Positions 28,285-38,350 of a stretch of DNA of 64,000 bases are shown here, piece after piece. The stretch is from a virus, in the IMG/VR virus record IMGVR_UViG_3300042452_000950, positions 2,457 to 66,456 of that record. One strand, written 5' to 3'. The position numbers were made by a program, and so were the translations under genes. Every line of letters begins with the position of its first letter. Positions within the stretch are counted from its first letter, which is position 1. Under the pieces are notes generated by a model that had not been told where the DNA came from, made no database searches, and saw only the letters and a list, made by a program, of their open reading frames with translations.

Positions 28285-28656
28285 TTAATTCTTCTTACGC
28301 TTAGAGGGAGGAGTATTTTTGGGAAGGTCTTTCGGGACTTCCGGAATACCTTCAAATTTTGAAGAAAATAGTCGGCTTAGCGCATCGACCACATCTCTCG
28401 CGCAGATTTCATCAGCACGTTTATTGGGGAAAAACACACGCGGAAGAATGAGTTCAATCGGCTCGTTCGCCGGCGTGAGCGGCGGTGTCCACATTTGTGG
28501 CTCATTACCTCCGCTGTCATTAGCGACCTGACTGATCTGGGCAAAGGAGAACCAGCCTTTGGTGCTGATTTGATCTCCTTTGATGATAATCGAGTCGGGG
28601 ATGAAGGTCCAGAACTTGATGTCATCTAAAGAACTTATGTTAGAGTTTTGCTTCAT
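28285..28656 (-). CDS. Hypothetical protein
   Basis: 123 aa in a tightly packed operon. Confidence 0.6.
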   Translation of the reverse strand: MKQNSNISSLDDIKFWTFIPDSIIIKGDQISTKGWFSFAQISQVANDSGGNEPQMWTPPLTPANEPIELILPRVFFPNKRADEICARDVVDALSRLFSSKFEGIPEVPKDLPKNTPPSKRKKN

Positions 28657-29950
28657 AAGCTAGTCCGATCACCCATTTGGCGACTGCATTTACTAACTGA
28701 CGCTGGCTAGCGTGTTCAGTCTTCATTTGTTTGACTCGCTGGTTGTACCCGTCTTCGGAAATCACCTTACGGACGATCAACTCTTTAGCTAGCTTCTTAA
28801 TGATATCGGCTTTTGACTGCGAGTCGATAAGATCGAGATCGGTCTTATATAGTTTCTGAACATATTCGGAGGTTGTATTCGCGGTGTCGCTGACTTCCGC
28901 CGTGTTCTGCGGAGCTTCTTCAGTGTCCGCTGCCTCTACCTTCGGTGAATTAGCGGTGCCTTTGAGCGAGGCACTCACCGTCAAAGGATACTTACGGTAG
29001 TTCTTACCGAGAATTTCTTCCGCCTCTTCATCAGACGAGGCGAGGACATGGACGATCTCCTTCTTACCGCCAACTTCCTTTACGCCCTGGTAAACGCTGT
29101 GCGCGACGTCGACCCCGAGAGAGTCGTACGAGTACTGTTCAGCGTCGGGAGCGAGGAACACGACAGTAAGACCAGGCACGATCGACTCTGCCGCTCTCTT
29201 AAGGTTGGCAAGTCCAGCGGCCTTAGCTGCCTCCATCTCATTTGATGTGATTCGGGCGAACAGATGCTCCATTGCCATGACATAATGAGAACTCTGTTCT
29301 TCGAGTCCTGTGGCAGTCGCGACTACATCGTGGTAGCTCATGACTGCCTCAACCTTATCGTTAGGAACCTGCATCTTCATAACGACAAAGTCTTTCTTAG
29401 CGGCTTCTTTCTCTGAGAGGCCCATGAGACGGCGGACACGACTTTCAATGTCCTTATCTCTGAGAGACTCCGCCCCGGCTGCCTTGATATAGGGAAGCCA
29501 TTCGTACACGTTGTCGCTGGTGATAACCCCGGCCTTAATTGCCGGGCGGAGGAGTCGGAACTTGCTCCAGCTAATTCTGTTCTCTCCGCCGAGAAGCGTG
29601 ACAGGGAGTCCGAGGTCAATAAAATGCCCCCACGCCTGCACGAGTCCACTAGCCTTGCTTCGACTGATCTTGATTTCAGCCTCAACATAGTCGTCGAACG
29701 TCGCGTAATGTTTATCTAGGAAGCCGCGGTTACCGCGCAACGTGTATAGCACGAAGCTGAGCTCCGCTTCGCTCGCATCTTTAGTCGACGCCAGCACCTT
29801 GGCCTTGGCTTCGAATGTCTCAAAATTTCCCTCGATTTCAAAGGGAGCTTCCCCTTGTTCGAGAGTCATTTTTCTACCGAGTTCTAAGCGGGCGCGCGCA
29901 GCCTTCGCTGCCTCACGTTCCGCTTTAGGAGTATTGCTGAGTTCAGACAT
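28640..29950 (-). CDS. Hypothetical protein, possibly DNA-binding
   Basis: 436 aa; YATFDDYVEAEIKISRSKA HTH-like segment. Confidence 0.65.
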   Translation of the reverse strand: MSELSNTPKAEREAAKAARARLELGRKMTLEQGEAPFEIEGNFETFEAKAKVLASTKDASEAELSFVLYTLRGNRGFLDKHYATFDDYVEAEIKISRSKASGLVQAWGHFIDLGLPVTLLGGENRISWSKFRLLRPAIKAGVITSDNVYEWLPYIKAAGAESLRDKDIESRVRRLMGLSEKEAAKKDFVVMKMQVPNDKVEAVMSYHDVVATATGLEEQSSHYVMAMEHLFARITSNEMEAAKAAGLANLKRAAESIVPGLTVVFLAPDAEQYSYDSLGVDVAHSVYQGVKEVGGKKEIVHVLASSDEEAEEILGKNYRKYPLTVSASLKGTANSPKVEAADTEEAPQNTAEVSDTANTTSEYVQKLYKTDLDLIDSQSKADIIKKLAKELIVRKVISEDGYNQRVKQMKTEHASQRQLVNAVAKWVIGLAYEAKL

Positions 29951-30956
29951 TGGTTACTTTCTTTGTTTTATAAGGAAAACAGTGAAGACGGAAGGGGCAT
30001 TCTTTTGCGTAAGTGTCGTTACGATCGCGGCATTTTTTCTGCCCCGCGAGCGGTTGATTACGTTCAACCAGCTCGTTAATCGTATCGATCTTGTCTCTAG
30101 CAAAGACGTAGGCGTTAGGATTCGGCTTTACCCGAAAACTTCTTGTCTTGTACGTGTCGCGTGAGACATAGGTAACAATATAGCCGCCACACTTGTCGGG
30201 GTCAAGGCCCCAATCTTTAGCATAGCGATTAATTATGATAGTAGTATAGAGCGAGGCCTGATCCAAGTGATGAGCAAACGGCAAGAAATTATGCGCTTCC
30301 TCAAGTAGAATCTTGCCATCTTTCTTGACTCTTTTCACATTGTTTAGGATATCATCGGCTGTGCTTTTCAGTTCCAGAATAAACCATTTTCCATCATTAA
30401 TGATGATTCCGTCAACGCGACCGCTGATGTTTGTGCTCGGATCATAGATCTTTAGCTCCTTGTATTCCCATGGCATTTGATCCGATAATAGCACATCAAA
30501 ACACGAGAGTCGTGTAGTCTCCTCAGGGGAGGCAAGAATCGAGCCGACGGTTACGACGTTACGGCAGCGGAACTCTGGGATACGGCCGATGGTTTCTTTA
30601 CGACAATGCTTGCAGACCCAAGAACCGAAGAGGTTATTCGAGTATGAGAGCACTTTAGACTGCATCCACTCGTGCGTACCGTTACCCGCCTCCATGATTC
30701 GGAGTTTATCAGCGTCCAGAGTCGGCTCTTCCCACTCCGGAAGGGTGCGCTTAAACGCCTCCTTTACCATACATCCGTTGATGATACTGGAGGGATGAAA
30801 GCTGGTGGGCTTTTTGGATTTGGTTCTTTGCTTACGAAGCACCGAGGAAGTGATTATTTCATCAATTGTAGCAGCTTCTACGGTCGGCTGCGAGAACGCT
30901 GTGGGAATCTGAGAAATAAAATCTGTCAGATTAGTGGTATCAACCAATCCATTCAT
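29943..30956 (-). CDS. Cas4-like PD-(D/E)XK exonuclease
   Basis: FHPSSIINGC, GRVDGII, ILELKS, Q-x-x-x-Y, C-terminal C..CPFRLHC Fe-S-type cysteines; alternative start at 30995. Confidence 0.8.
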   Translation of the reverse strand: MNGLVDTTNLTDFISQIPTAFSQPTVEAATIDEIITSSVLRKQRTKSKKPTSFHPSSIINGCMVKEAFKRTLPEWEEPTLDADKLRIMEAGNGTHEWMQSKVLSYSNNLFGSWVCKHCRKETIGRIPEFRCRNVVTVGSILASPEETTRLSCFDVLLSDQMPWEYKELKIYDPSTNISGRVDGIIINDGKWFILELKSTADDILNNVKRVKKDGKILLEEAHNFLPFAHHLDQASLYTTIIINRYAKDWGLDPDKCGGYIVTYVSRDTYKTRSFRVKPNPNAYVFARDKIDTINELVERNQPLAGQKKCRDRNDTYAKECPFRLHCFPYKTKKVTNV

Positions 30957-31743
30957 TAATTTTTCTTGCGGCTGCTTTTGTTGTTTGGTCTGCATCGAGT
31001 TCGGAGGTGTTTAGAACATGGTATCTAGGTATTCTCGACATTAGCGCTAATCGACTACGTTCGTTGAGCGTTTCGTAGAACCGGTTAGACAGCTCCCTTG
31101 GTTTGTTATTCTCCTGTACGAAGTTAAAGTACTGGTCTCGCGACATTCCAAATATCTGAGGAACTAGGCGGTAACAACCAAGTATTTGTTTTGTGTTACT
31201 GTCGTAGTGACAATCTTTTTCGTGTCTGGATGTGGCTACAGATTCGGTAGAATCTAAGATCACGCATCCCGCATTCCAATCTTCTGATATCAGCGAGCTG
31301 TACGAATTCCAGATATTTTGGATTAGGTGCAGCTTCATAGGAACAAGCGCTTGATACACAAATGTTGAGATGATGGAGCGATCCTTTAAAACAAGGATTT
31401 TCTTGTTCGTCCCCGCTAACTGCGCAGATAGTTTTCTGACAAAATCACATGACTGGGCCATACAGGCAATCATAATAGCAATGCTTGCCTCGCTACACGG
31501 CGAAGACGTAACATACAGTTCTTCGAACGGGATGTCAATAGTTGATTTAATTTTTTCTAGGTCTGGCTGAACGATCTCCGCCTTTTTTGCAATATCTCTC
31601 AGACCTCTTATTAGCTTATTCGGTTCGGCGATGGGTATTACGACCCATCCTTCAGACGAGAACTTAGCGGCTAAGTTTCTGACAAGCGTCGTTTTACCGG
31701 TGCCGTCAGATCCTTCGATTATGATACTTTTAATTTTGGTCAT
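30940..31743 (-). CDS. tmk: Thymidylate kinase-like dNMP kinase
   Basis: IIIEGSDGTGKTT, AEP, LKDRSIISTFVYQ. Confidence 0.8.
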   Translation of the reverse strand: MTKIKSIIIEGSDGTGKTTLVRNLAAKFSSEGWVVIPIAEPNKLIRGLRDIAKKAEIVQPDLEKIKSTIDIPFEELYVTSSPCSEASIAIMIACMAQSCDFVRKLSAQLAGTNKKILVLKDRSIISTFVYQALVPMKLHLIQNIWNSYSSLISEDWNAGCVILDSTESVATSRHEKDCHYDSNTKQILGCYRLVPQIFGMSRDQYFNFVQENNKPRELSNRFYETLNERSRLALMSRIPRYHVLNTSELDADQTTKAAARKINEWIG

Positions 31744-32221
31744 TACTATCGCCCTCTAATGCGCGCTTCAAATCAATGAAATCTCTTTCTGTAATTACAG
31801 ATGTCATATGTCCTGACCAGTCGATATCAAGGCTTCTTGTAGTTAGCATTTCAGCCAGATCTTCAGTAGTAAACGACATCGATTTACTATTTGTGACAGT
31901 TCTGTCAGTCCGAGCTTTACGAACGTCATTATCCACCATGTCCAGTATCCAGGAAGGAACATGGTAAAATCGGCATCTTCCTATGGTATAACTTACGGCA
32001 AAGTACGGTTTATTAGTTATTTTTGACTGGTAGTCCGCTTTTTCAAAATTATGTAATTTTAAGACAATCCGATTTTGTCTGGTGGATTTATCTTCTACAT
32101 GCCAGTTTCGATCTCCGTTATCTCCTTTAAATATCTTGCCGCAACCGGACCCAGGATTTCTCTTGAGTCCGGTCACGAGCTCGATATCTGCCTCACTCTT
32201 CCTCGATTGACTCCGGTTCAT
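31730..32221 (-). CDS. PD-(D/E)XK resolvase-like nuclease (start MNRSQSR)
   Basis: RNPGSGCG..KGD..HVEDKST; GGGGAG RBS before ATG 32221. Confidence 0.65.
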   Translation of the reverse strand: MNRSQSRKSEADIELVTGLKRNPGSGCGKIFKGDNGDRNWHVEDKSTRQNRIVLKLHNFEKADYQSKITNKPYFAVSYTIGRCRFYHVPSWILDMVDNDVRKARTDRTVTNSKSMSFTTEDLAEMLTTRSLDIDWSGHMTSVITERDFIDLKRALEGDSNDQN

Positions 32222-33662
32222 CGCTCTCCCCAGTGGCGTCAAGGTCGAGCTCTTCTCCGGCATCGAATCCTGAAGCTTCTTCTGTAACTTCATTGACTGC
32301 GTGGTTTGGTTGGGCATGCGTTTGAACAGATCGCCCAACTTGCTTTGATGCTTCATTGATTAGCTCCAGGATCGGCTCATCTTTAAACGGACAATAGCTG
32401 TATGTATCTGCCTTGAGGTGTTGTCTCATTTGAGGAGAAAACTTCATGGCGAATATTGGGAATCTAAGCATGTATCCGATGTCCGGTCTGCTTAGAAATA
32501 GTTGAATCTCTTTGGCTGTGGAGAAGGTTCGGCCAAGGACATGGTATCCCTTGCTGTCTTTATGGAACCAGCGCTTATCTCCGAGACCCTCCCCAATCTC
32601 TTTGACGTAAGACCAGAGTTTAGCGCCTTCATCTGTATCACCCGCGCTATAGTCTACACGACTAACTGACATTGGCTTTAGATATACTCGATATCTAGCT
32701 TCCGCGCCGACGTCTCCACTGAATTTATCTTTCTTAACTTTAACGGTTGTTTCGCCATAGGCCTTGATGCCCTTGAAACCTCCGGTCTCGTCAGAATAAT
32801 TGGTGGTCAGATGTAGAGATTGAACCGACATGTACGCCGGAGAGAGGCCGCCAGCTGCGGTGCGGGGATCGGCCATTGGACTGATTCCCCCGATCTTCAT
32901 ACGATACTGATTAGGATACACCATGGTGGGACAGGTGCCGTAATTGATCCAGCATTTAGCCAAACCAGAAGTGATGCCCGCCATCAGTTTGCTAATTGCC
33001 CGTGCCCGAGTTCCTGGTTGGTCTTTGCCTTGTGACGACTCTCTCGACATGAGCGCTGCCAGTGAGTCGCAGATAACAAAATCTGCAGCACCCTCTGACA
33101 CGAGCTGCGTCGCCACAACCGTAAGCTGATCCAGATTCTCTAGGCGGATAACAACAAACTTTGAGTTAGGAGAAACCTTTACTCCAGGAGTTATCTCGGC
33201 ATAACTGGAAAGATCTTCAGAACCGAGCTGAACACCCCAAGCGGATGCCCAGGCCGGGTCGAATTCTCCTTCCATATCAATATAGACAGCAGTCATGCCG
33301 TCGTTTTTCCCACACTTGCACGTGGTGATTATCTCTCCTGTCCGATCATTAGTGAACGGGATAATCGGAGTAATACACTGGCGACATGTCCGCTGAGCGG
33401 CCCCAACCAACATGTAAGACAGAAGCGTCTTACCCGCGGAAGGGTCACCTAATAGTTGTAGTCGAGATCCAAATCCGAGTTTAAGGATCAGGTCGACCTC
33501 GATCAGGCCGGTGAATATCAGATTTTTATTAAACTCGGCGATATCCGCAGTTGCTCTTAACTTACCGTCGGTATTGGCAAGTAGGAGCTGAGCCTTAGAC
33601 AGGCTGTCCGCCAAAGTAGGACGATGGCCATCTATCGGTTTATCTTGCTTTTTCGGTCTCAT
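32193..33662 (-). CDS. recA: RecA/UvsX-like recombinase
   Basis: TGLIEVDLIL, GDPSAGKT, YIDMEG, ICDSLAAL, NQYRMKIG..AGG, VKVKKDK. Confidence 0.85.
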   Translation of the reverse strand: MRPKKQDKPIDGHRPTLADSLSKAQLLLANTDGKLRATADIAEFNKNLIFTGLIEVDLILKLGFGSRLQLLGDPSAGKTLLSYMLVGAAQRTCRQCITPIIPFTNDRTGEIITTCKCGKNDGMTAVYIDMEGEFDPAWASAWGVQLGSEDLSSYAEITPGVKVSPNSKFVVIRLENLDQLTVVATQLVSEGAADFVICDSLAALMSRESSQGKDQPGTRARAISKLMAGITSGLAKCWINYGTCPTMVYPNQYRMKIGGISPMADPRTAAGGLSPAYMSVQSLHLTTNYSDETGGFKGIKAYGETTVKVKKDKFSGDVGAEARYRVYLKPMSVSRVDYSAGDTDEGAKLWSYVKEIGEGLGDKRWFHKDSKGYHVLGRTFSTAKEIQLFLSRPDIGYMLRFPIFAMKFSPQMRQHLKADTYSYCPFKDEPILELINEASKQVGRSVQTHAQPNHAVNEVTEEASGFDAGEELDLDATGESDEPESIEEE

Positions 33663-33990
33663 CGCCATCTCCAAAATAAGGACGCTGACCTTGCTTTACC
33701 AACACTTCGTTGATAATACCACGCTGGAAATTGACAGCACGGTCGAGGTACTTAGAAACGAATTCTTCAAACTTATTGGGGTCGCCGGGACCCTTCAAGA
33801 ACAGGCCGACTTCCATAGAGGAGTAGCGGCCAAAAACTTCGGGGACGCGCATGGAGACATTGAATCCGATCTCTCCATTGGACGCCGAAGGTGTGGGGTC
33901 GATAACCTTATTCTCTGTGCGGAGAACTTCGGTAGTCTCGCCTTCTTCTTTCTTTACTTGTATTTGAGCAGTAACAGGGTTAGTTGTCAT
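33640..33990 (-). CDS. Hypothetical protein
   Basis: 116 aa overlapping both neighbours. Confidence 0.65.
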   Translation of the reverse strand: MTTNPVTAQIQVKKEEGETTEVLRTENKVIDPTPSASNGEIGFNVSMRVPEVFGRYSSMEVGLFLKGPGDPNKFEEFVSKYLDRAVNFQRGIINEVLVKQGQRPYFGDGDETEKAR

Positions 33991-35452
33991 AGTTGGTTCT
34001 TTCTACAGCATACCGGATAGTATTTCCAGCCTGCTTGTAAGTTTTTATGCGTTTGTTTAGAAGACCTCTGAAAATGTCAACATTAGGGACACTGAAGTCA
34101 ATAATGACAGGGATAGGTTTATTAGCGGCAAAACGCTCGACCCGACCCTTAGCTTGCCGCACATCGGAGATTGGTGTAGCTAGTATAGCCGTGTCTTTAT
34201 GAGGAACATCTAGCGCTTTGTTTGCAATGCCGTAGGTGCAGAACGTAATCTGGCGGCTCATTGCCTCATCCCGTTTGGCCTTGTCTGATTTTTTCGATGA
34301 GCCCATATAAATACCGCAGACCTGCTCCCCAAATTCAGCACATGCCCATTGGTAGAGTTCTTTAAGGTGCTCTCTCAGATGCGAGAACACCATCACTTGT
34401 CGACGTTTCTTTTGCATAGTGACAATCACCTGCTTAAGAACTTGTGAGAACTCTTCAGATTTAGCAAACTCCTTGATAAGATCGACCAAGATCATTCTAT
34501 CTGTCGGAGGAAGTCGCCCTCCGCAATCTGGATATAAATGATATAGGTGACATTGCAGGCATTTATTTTCCCATGTAGATCTCTTTTCGCGTTTACACCA
34601 CCATACACGGTAGCGATTTATGGAGTCTGCAAATCCCGGTACAGGAATAATCCGTACCTCACCGAGATTTGACGCGGCAGAGACATCAATAACCGCATCT
34701 CCTAATATCGAGTTAAATACCCAGGTTAGTTTGTCCTTTCGCTCTGGGGTAGCCGTAAGAGCTAGGGAATACCCGAAATGGATATTGGCTATTGAGCCCG
34801 CAAAGCAGGGCGCTGAAAATACGTGAGCTTCGTCGACAACCAGGATTGTACAGGCTAGCTGATCGTCCAGCCAGTCACGGCGCATTAGCGACTGCGCTAA
34901 CACTATTTTAAAGAGCGACGTATCTTTTCGGCAGTTGTCGATGTCTTCAAATTCGCCGCCAAAAATCTTACAGCTGGACTCTGGAAGAAACTGCTCTACC
35001 CGCTCTTTCCACTGTTTAGCGATATTATTTTGATCCACTAATATTACAACACATTCAGGCTCCCATTTAGACACTGCGTTAAGTGCCATGACGGTTTTGC
35101 CTGTACCGCAGTCCGCACGTAATAGAGCACCGGACTTAATCGTCCATGTCTGTAGAAGTTTGTCAACAGCGTCTGCCTGGTAATCCTTGAGTGGGAAGGC
35201 GTCGTTCCATTTTAGTATTTTTCCCCAACCAACCCTGGCGGCTGGGTACTTAAACGGCTCGGTGACTCCAACCGCAGATAGAAATTTAGGAATCAGTACA
35301 TAGCGCTTAGTGGCGTTTTCTTTATATACGGGAAAGACTGTTCCAGATTCATTGTCAGCCCGCGCGGTCAATTTATCTTGAAGAGGTTTAGACCTCAAGA
35401 AGTCGTCATAATGATCACCACTAAGTTTGAGTAACCCAACGTTTTCAATCAT
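33980..35452 (-). CDS. Superfamily 2 helicase (UvsW/DEAH-like)
   Basis: LKDYQ, ADCGTGKT, VVDEAH, LTATPER, ALDVP, QAKGRVER. Confidence 0.92.
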   Translation of the reverse strand: MIENVGLLKLSGDHYDDFLRSKPLQDKLTARADNESGTVFPVYKENATKRYVLIPKFLSAVGVTEPFKYPAARVGWGKILKWNDAFPLKDYQADAVDKLLQTWTIKSGALLRADCGTGKTVMALNAVSKWEPECVVILVDQNNIAKQWKERVEQFLPESSCKIFGGEFEDIDNCRKDTSLFKIVLAQSLMRRDWLDDQLACTILVVDEAHVFSAPCFAGSIANIHFGYSLALTATPERKDKLTWVFNSILGDAVIDVSAASNLGEVRIIPVPGFADSINRYRVWWCKREKRSTWENKCLQCHLYHLYPDCGGRLPPTDRMILVDLIKEFAKSEEFSQVLKQVIVTMQKKRRQVMVFSHLREHLKELYQWACAEFGEQVCGIYMGSSKKSDKAKRDEAMSRQITFCTYGIANKALDVPHKDTAILATPISDVRQAKGRVERFAANKPIPVIIDFSVPNVDIFRGLLNKRIKTYKQAGNTIRYAVERTNYDN

Positions 35453-35879
35453 TGGGAACACCTTCCGATCCGACTACATCCTGAAATTTATGATTCTGAG
35501 AAATCAGTGATAATAGAGGAATATTCCTAGATTTTAACCAGTGCCATCGAATGGCGGACGAGTCAATAGCACTGGTTTTATGAAACATAACATCGTCAAT
35601 TGTGGCGCCAGTTTCGAATACAAAAGAGTCGATAAATCGATCTGTTGCATCCGGCGTCCTATTGGAAGGGATTTCCATTGCAACGTCCGGTTCTGTGAGC
35701 CTGGTAATCAATATTCGGTCACTGGGGACTCGCGGCGGAATAACGAATATCTTATTTTTGTAAGAGACAGCACAATTACTTTCAAGTGCTCGACGAATGA
35801 CGAGTTTCAATAATGCCATCTCTATATCAGCGGCATGAATTAGGCATGCCTTTACTTTTTGACCAAAATATGACGTCAT
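35445..35879 (-). CDS. Hypothetical protein (start MTSYFGQK)
   Basis: AAGGAG RBS before ATG 35879. Confidence 0.6.
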   Translation of the reverse strand: MTSYFGQKVKACLIHAADIEMALLKLVIRRALESNCAVSYKNKIFVIPPRVPSDRILITRLTEPDVAMEIPSNRTPDATDRFIDSFVFETGATIDDVMFHKTSAIDSSAIRWHWLKSRNIPLLSLISQNHKFQDVVGSEGVPND

Positions 35880-35880
35880 C

Positions 35881-38346
35881 TTAAATCTCCTTTGTTTGTT
35901 TTTCGGCGAGCTCTTCTTCACGTGTGATTACACGCGTCAATTTCTCAGTTCTAATAATTGGGCCGTTGTCGGGAACAATAGTTCGAGCAAAGGCTTTTTG
36001 TTGTGGCGTAAGATGTGCACAGGCACTCTTAGTACCGATTTTCATGGTCTTATCTTCCTGGATATGCATCCATTCGGCCCAATTAGTTTCATTGAATACT
36101 CTCGGTATCCCGTCAACTTCGGCGTAAAACACCCCAACTTCAGGAATTGCCTCGTTGTTATTGTCCGCCCAGCACGCGCACACTCTAGCACTGGCTAGTA
36201 GCGGAACGCGTACAGAGAACCACGGATATTCCATGATGTATTTTATGAGGACGGCTACCTCTGCAGAAAATCTTTTAGGGCATCTAGCGACAAGTTCGTC
36301 GTGTACCTGCAGCAACAGAGCAAAGCCTGGATATCTCGGCTTAAGAATCCTGTTGATAACGTAGATGCATGCCTTTAAGAGATCTGCGCCAGATCCCTGG
36401 ATCTTAGCATTTAGAATCTTTCCAGCAGCCACCTTTTCGTCTCTAAAGTGTCTATGTCGTCCAGATATAGTCGGAAACTCGCGTTGGTCCTCTAAGAACC
36501 ATCTTGTTCTAAGGGCTTCCATGGTAGCTGGGATTCTTGGATATGTCTTAAAGAATCCGTCCTTATATTGTTGAGCTTTCTGAATATCATATTGAAATGT
36601 GCCAGGAATAAACAATTTGACCTGTCGGGCAAACTTTTCAGCGCCCATCCCATAGTTGAATCCGAAGTTGACGTTTTTCGCCAACTTTCTTGGGACATTG
36701 AGAGCTGCGGTTGTCTTGGCGTGAATATCACCGATAAAGAAAGTCATGTCCTCATATTGGACACCCTCGTTATACACACGCAGAAGCTCTGTATCTCTGG
36801 AGAAGTGAGCGAGTAAACGAAGCTCAATCTGAGACTGGTCAGCAATAATTAGATCATATCCTTCAGGAGCTAATTCATCCGGGGGCGGGGCAACGAATAA
36901 TTTACGTAACTGCGATCCTAACTTACGAATACGCTCGTCATAATTGTTATCTTTCGCCCTAGACGGGATATTCTGCAGGTTGGGTCCAGCGCTGCTAAAT
37001 CGGCCGGTATCCGTCCCCGTCGTGTTGAATCTCGTGTGCAATTTTCCATCACCGGCCTGCTCCAATTTCTCTCCAATCCCGACGATATATGTATCGTACA
37101 GTTTACGAACTGTGCGGTAATCGAGGATTGCCTGACCGATGGGATGATCCAATCTCTCAAGAACGTCCTTATCCGACGCCAGATACTTTTCAATTATCTC
37201 TGGCGTCAGCGTTTCGGGCCGATCTAGATCGAGATTAATCATATTATCAATAACATATTTCTGACCCGCCGGTGTCAACTTAGGCCACCACGATTTATTA
37301 ACGAACTGGTACTTAGGAGGTAAGACGCCCAGGACATTAAAGATGACATGGCTAACCTGTTGCGGACTATCAGGATTAAATTCCATTTTCGCCAGGTTAT
37401 AAATATTGGCTTGGAATTCATTCACAAGAGGCTCGACTTTTTGTTTAAGTTTTTCGAGTTCCATCTGAATGGCGGCTTTGTGAACAGCCATCTCAACAGA
37501 AATCCACTTCATGTTGACTCGATGAGCCACCATGCGCATCAATTTGCCGTATAAACGGAGAAGCCATTTCGCGTCATCTCTGGCATACTCGCGCATTTCG
37601 ATTTCTGCCAGCATCTCGTGCTTCTGTTTCTTAAGTTCGAGATCGAGTAATTTATTTTTAACGAATGCGGCGTACTCATTCTTTTGATCATCGCTAAAAA
37701 GATTGGCTAACTCTTCTTCAGTCTTTTGCGCGATTACCTTCTTCTTCACGTCGGGATTCATTGCATCAAGATCCTGTTTTATAAGTTTCTTGATGGCAGA
37801 TCTCTTAACCGGGGCATCCGTATAAGAAGGATACGGCCGAGCTTTCTCCCAGTTTTCAATATTACTATTCAGTACCGCCTTATCTTCCTTGAGCATAGCA
37901 ATAGTTTGCTGTGTTTGAGAAGTTTGGCTAACTTCTTTATACGTGACCATTTTGTGTTTGAAGTGCTGGAGCACTAAAGGCTTCAAACCGTGGTCGTTCT
38001 CCTCATCTAGTAGCCACGACAGCACAAGCGTATCGATTTGCTGACAAGCTATCTCATCAAATCGAATCCACTTGTTATAGTGCAGCGCTTGGCCGTCGTA
38101 AGGCCAGTAATGAACAACAGCTACATAGGCAGAGTTCTTCAACAGATTAACTAGAACGTCTCTAGTTTCGTCTGTAGCGCCTAGGCAGATGCTCGCACCT
38201 TTGGCAGCAAGAGCCACGTGGGTGATCCTAGCTAGTCTAGGATTTTTAGCGTCACTAGGATCACCCGTTGTGGACTCCGCTTCCAGGTCGAAGGCAAATA
38301 CCTTATGCTTGGCAATTAATGCCAAGACGTCTTGAAGCGTGTCCAA
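35881..38346 (-). CDS. polA: Family A DNA polymerase with 3'-5' exonuclease domain
   Basis: AFDLEAE, YARDDA, TGRFSSAGPNLQNIP, ADQSQIELRLLAHF, RKLAKNVNFGFNYG, IQGSGAD, QVHDELV. Confidence 0.96.
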   Translation of the reverse strand: MDTLQDVLALIAKHKVFAFDLEAESTTGDPSDAKNPRLARITHVALAAKGASICLGATDETRDVLVNLLKNSAYVAVVHYWPYDGQALHYNKWIRFDEIACQQIDTLVLSWLLDEENDHGLKPLVLQHFKHKMVTYKEVSQTSQTQQTIAMLKEDKAVLNSNIENWEKARPYPSYTDAPVKRSAIKKLIKQDLDAMNPDVKKKVIAQKTEEELANLFSDDQKNEYAAFVKNKLLDLELKKQKHEMLAEIEMREYARDDAKWLLRLYGKLMRMVAHRVNMKWISVEMAVHKAAIQMELEKLKQKVEPLVNEFQANIYNLAKMEFNPDSPQQVSHVIFNVLGVLPPKYQFVNKSWWPKLTPAGQKYVIDNMINLDLDRPETLTPEIIEKYLASDKDVLERLDHPIGQAILDYRTVRKLYDTYIVGIGEKLEQAGDGKLHTRFNTTGTDTGRFSSAGPNLQNIPSRAKDNNYDERIRKLGSQLRKLFVAPPPDELAPEGYDLIIADQSQIELRLLAHFSRDTELLRVYNEGVQYEDMTFFIGDIHAKTTAALNVPRKLAKNVNFGFNYGMGAEKFARQVKLFIPGTFQYDIQKAQQYKDGFFKTYPRIPATMEALRTRWFLEDQREFPTISGRHRHFRDEKVAAGKILNAKIQGSGADLLKACIYVINRILKPRYPGFALLLQVHDELVARCPKRFSAEVAVLIKYIMEYPWFSVRVPLLASARVCACWADNNNEAIPEVGVFYAEVDGIPRVFNETNWAEWMHIQEDKTMKIGTKSACAHLTPQQKAFARTIVPDNGPIIRTEKLTRVITREEELAEKQTKEI

Positions 38347-38350
38347 TTAG

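Noticed and set aside
29943-30995. CRISPR-Cas system based on the Cas4-like gene
   Set aside because: Solo nuclease within a recombination operon; no cas1/cas2 or array in the window.
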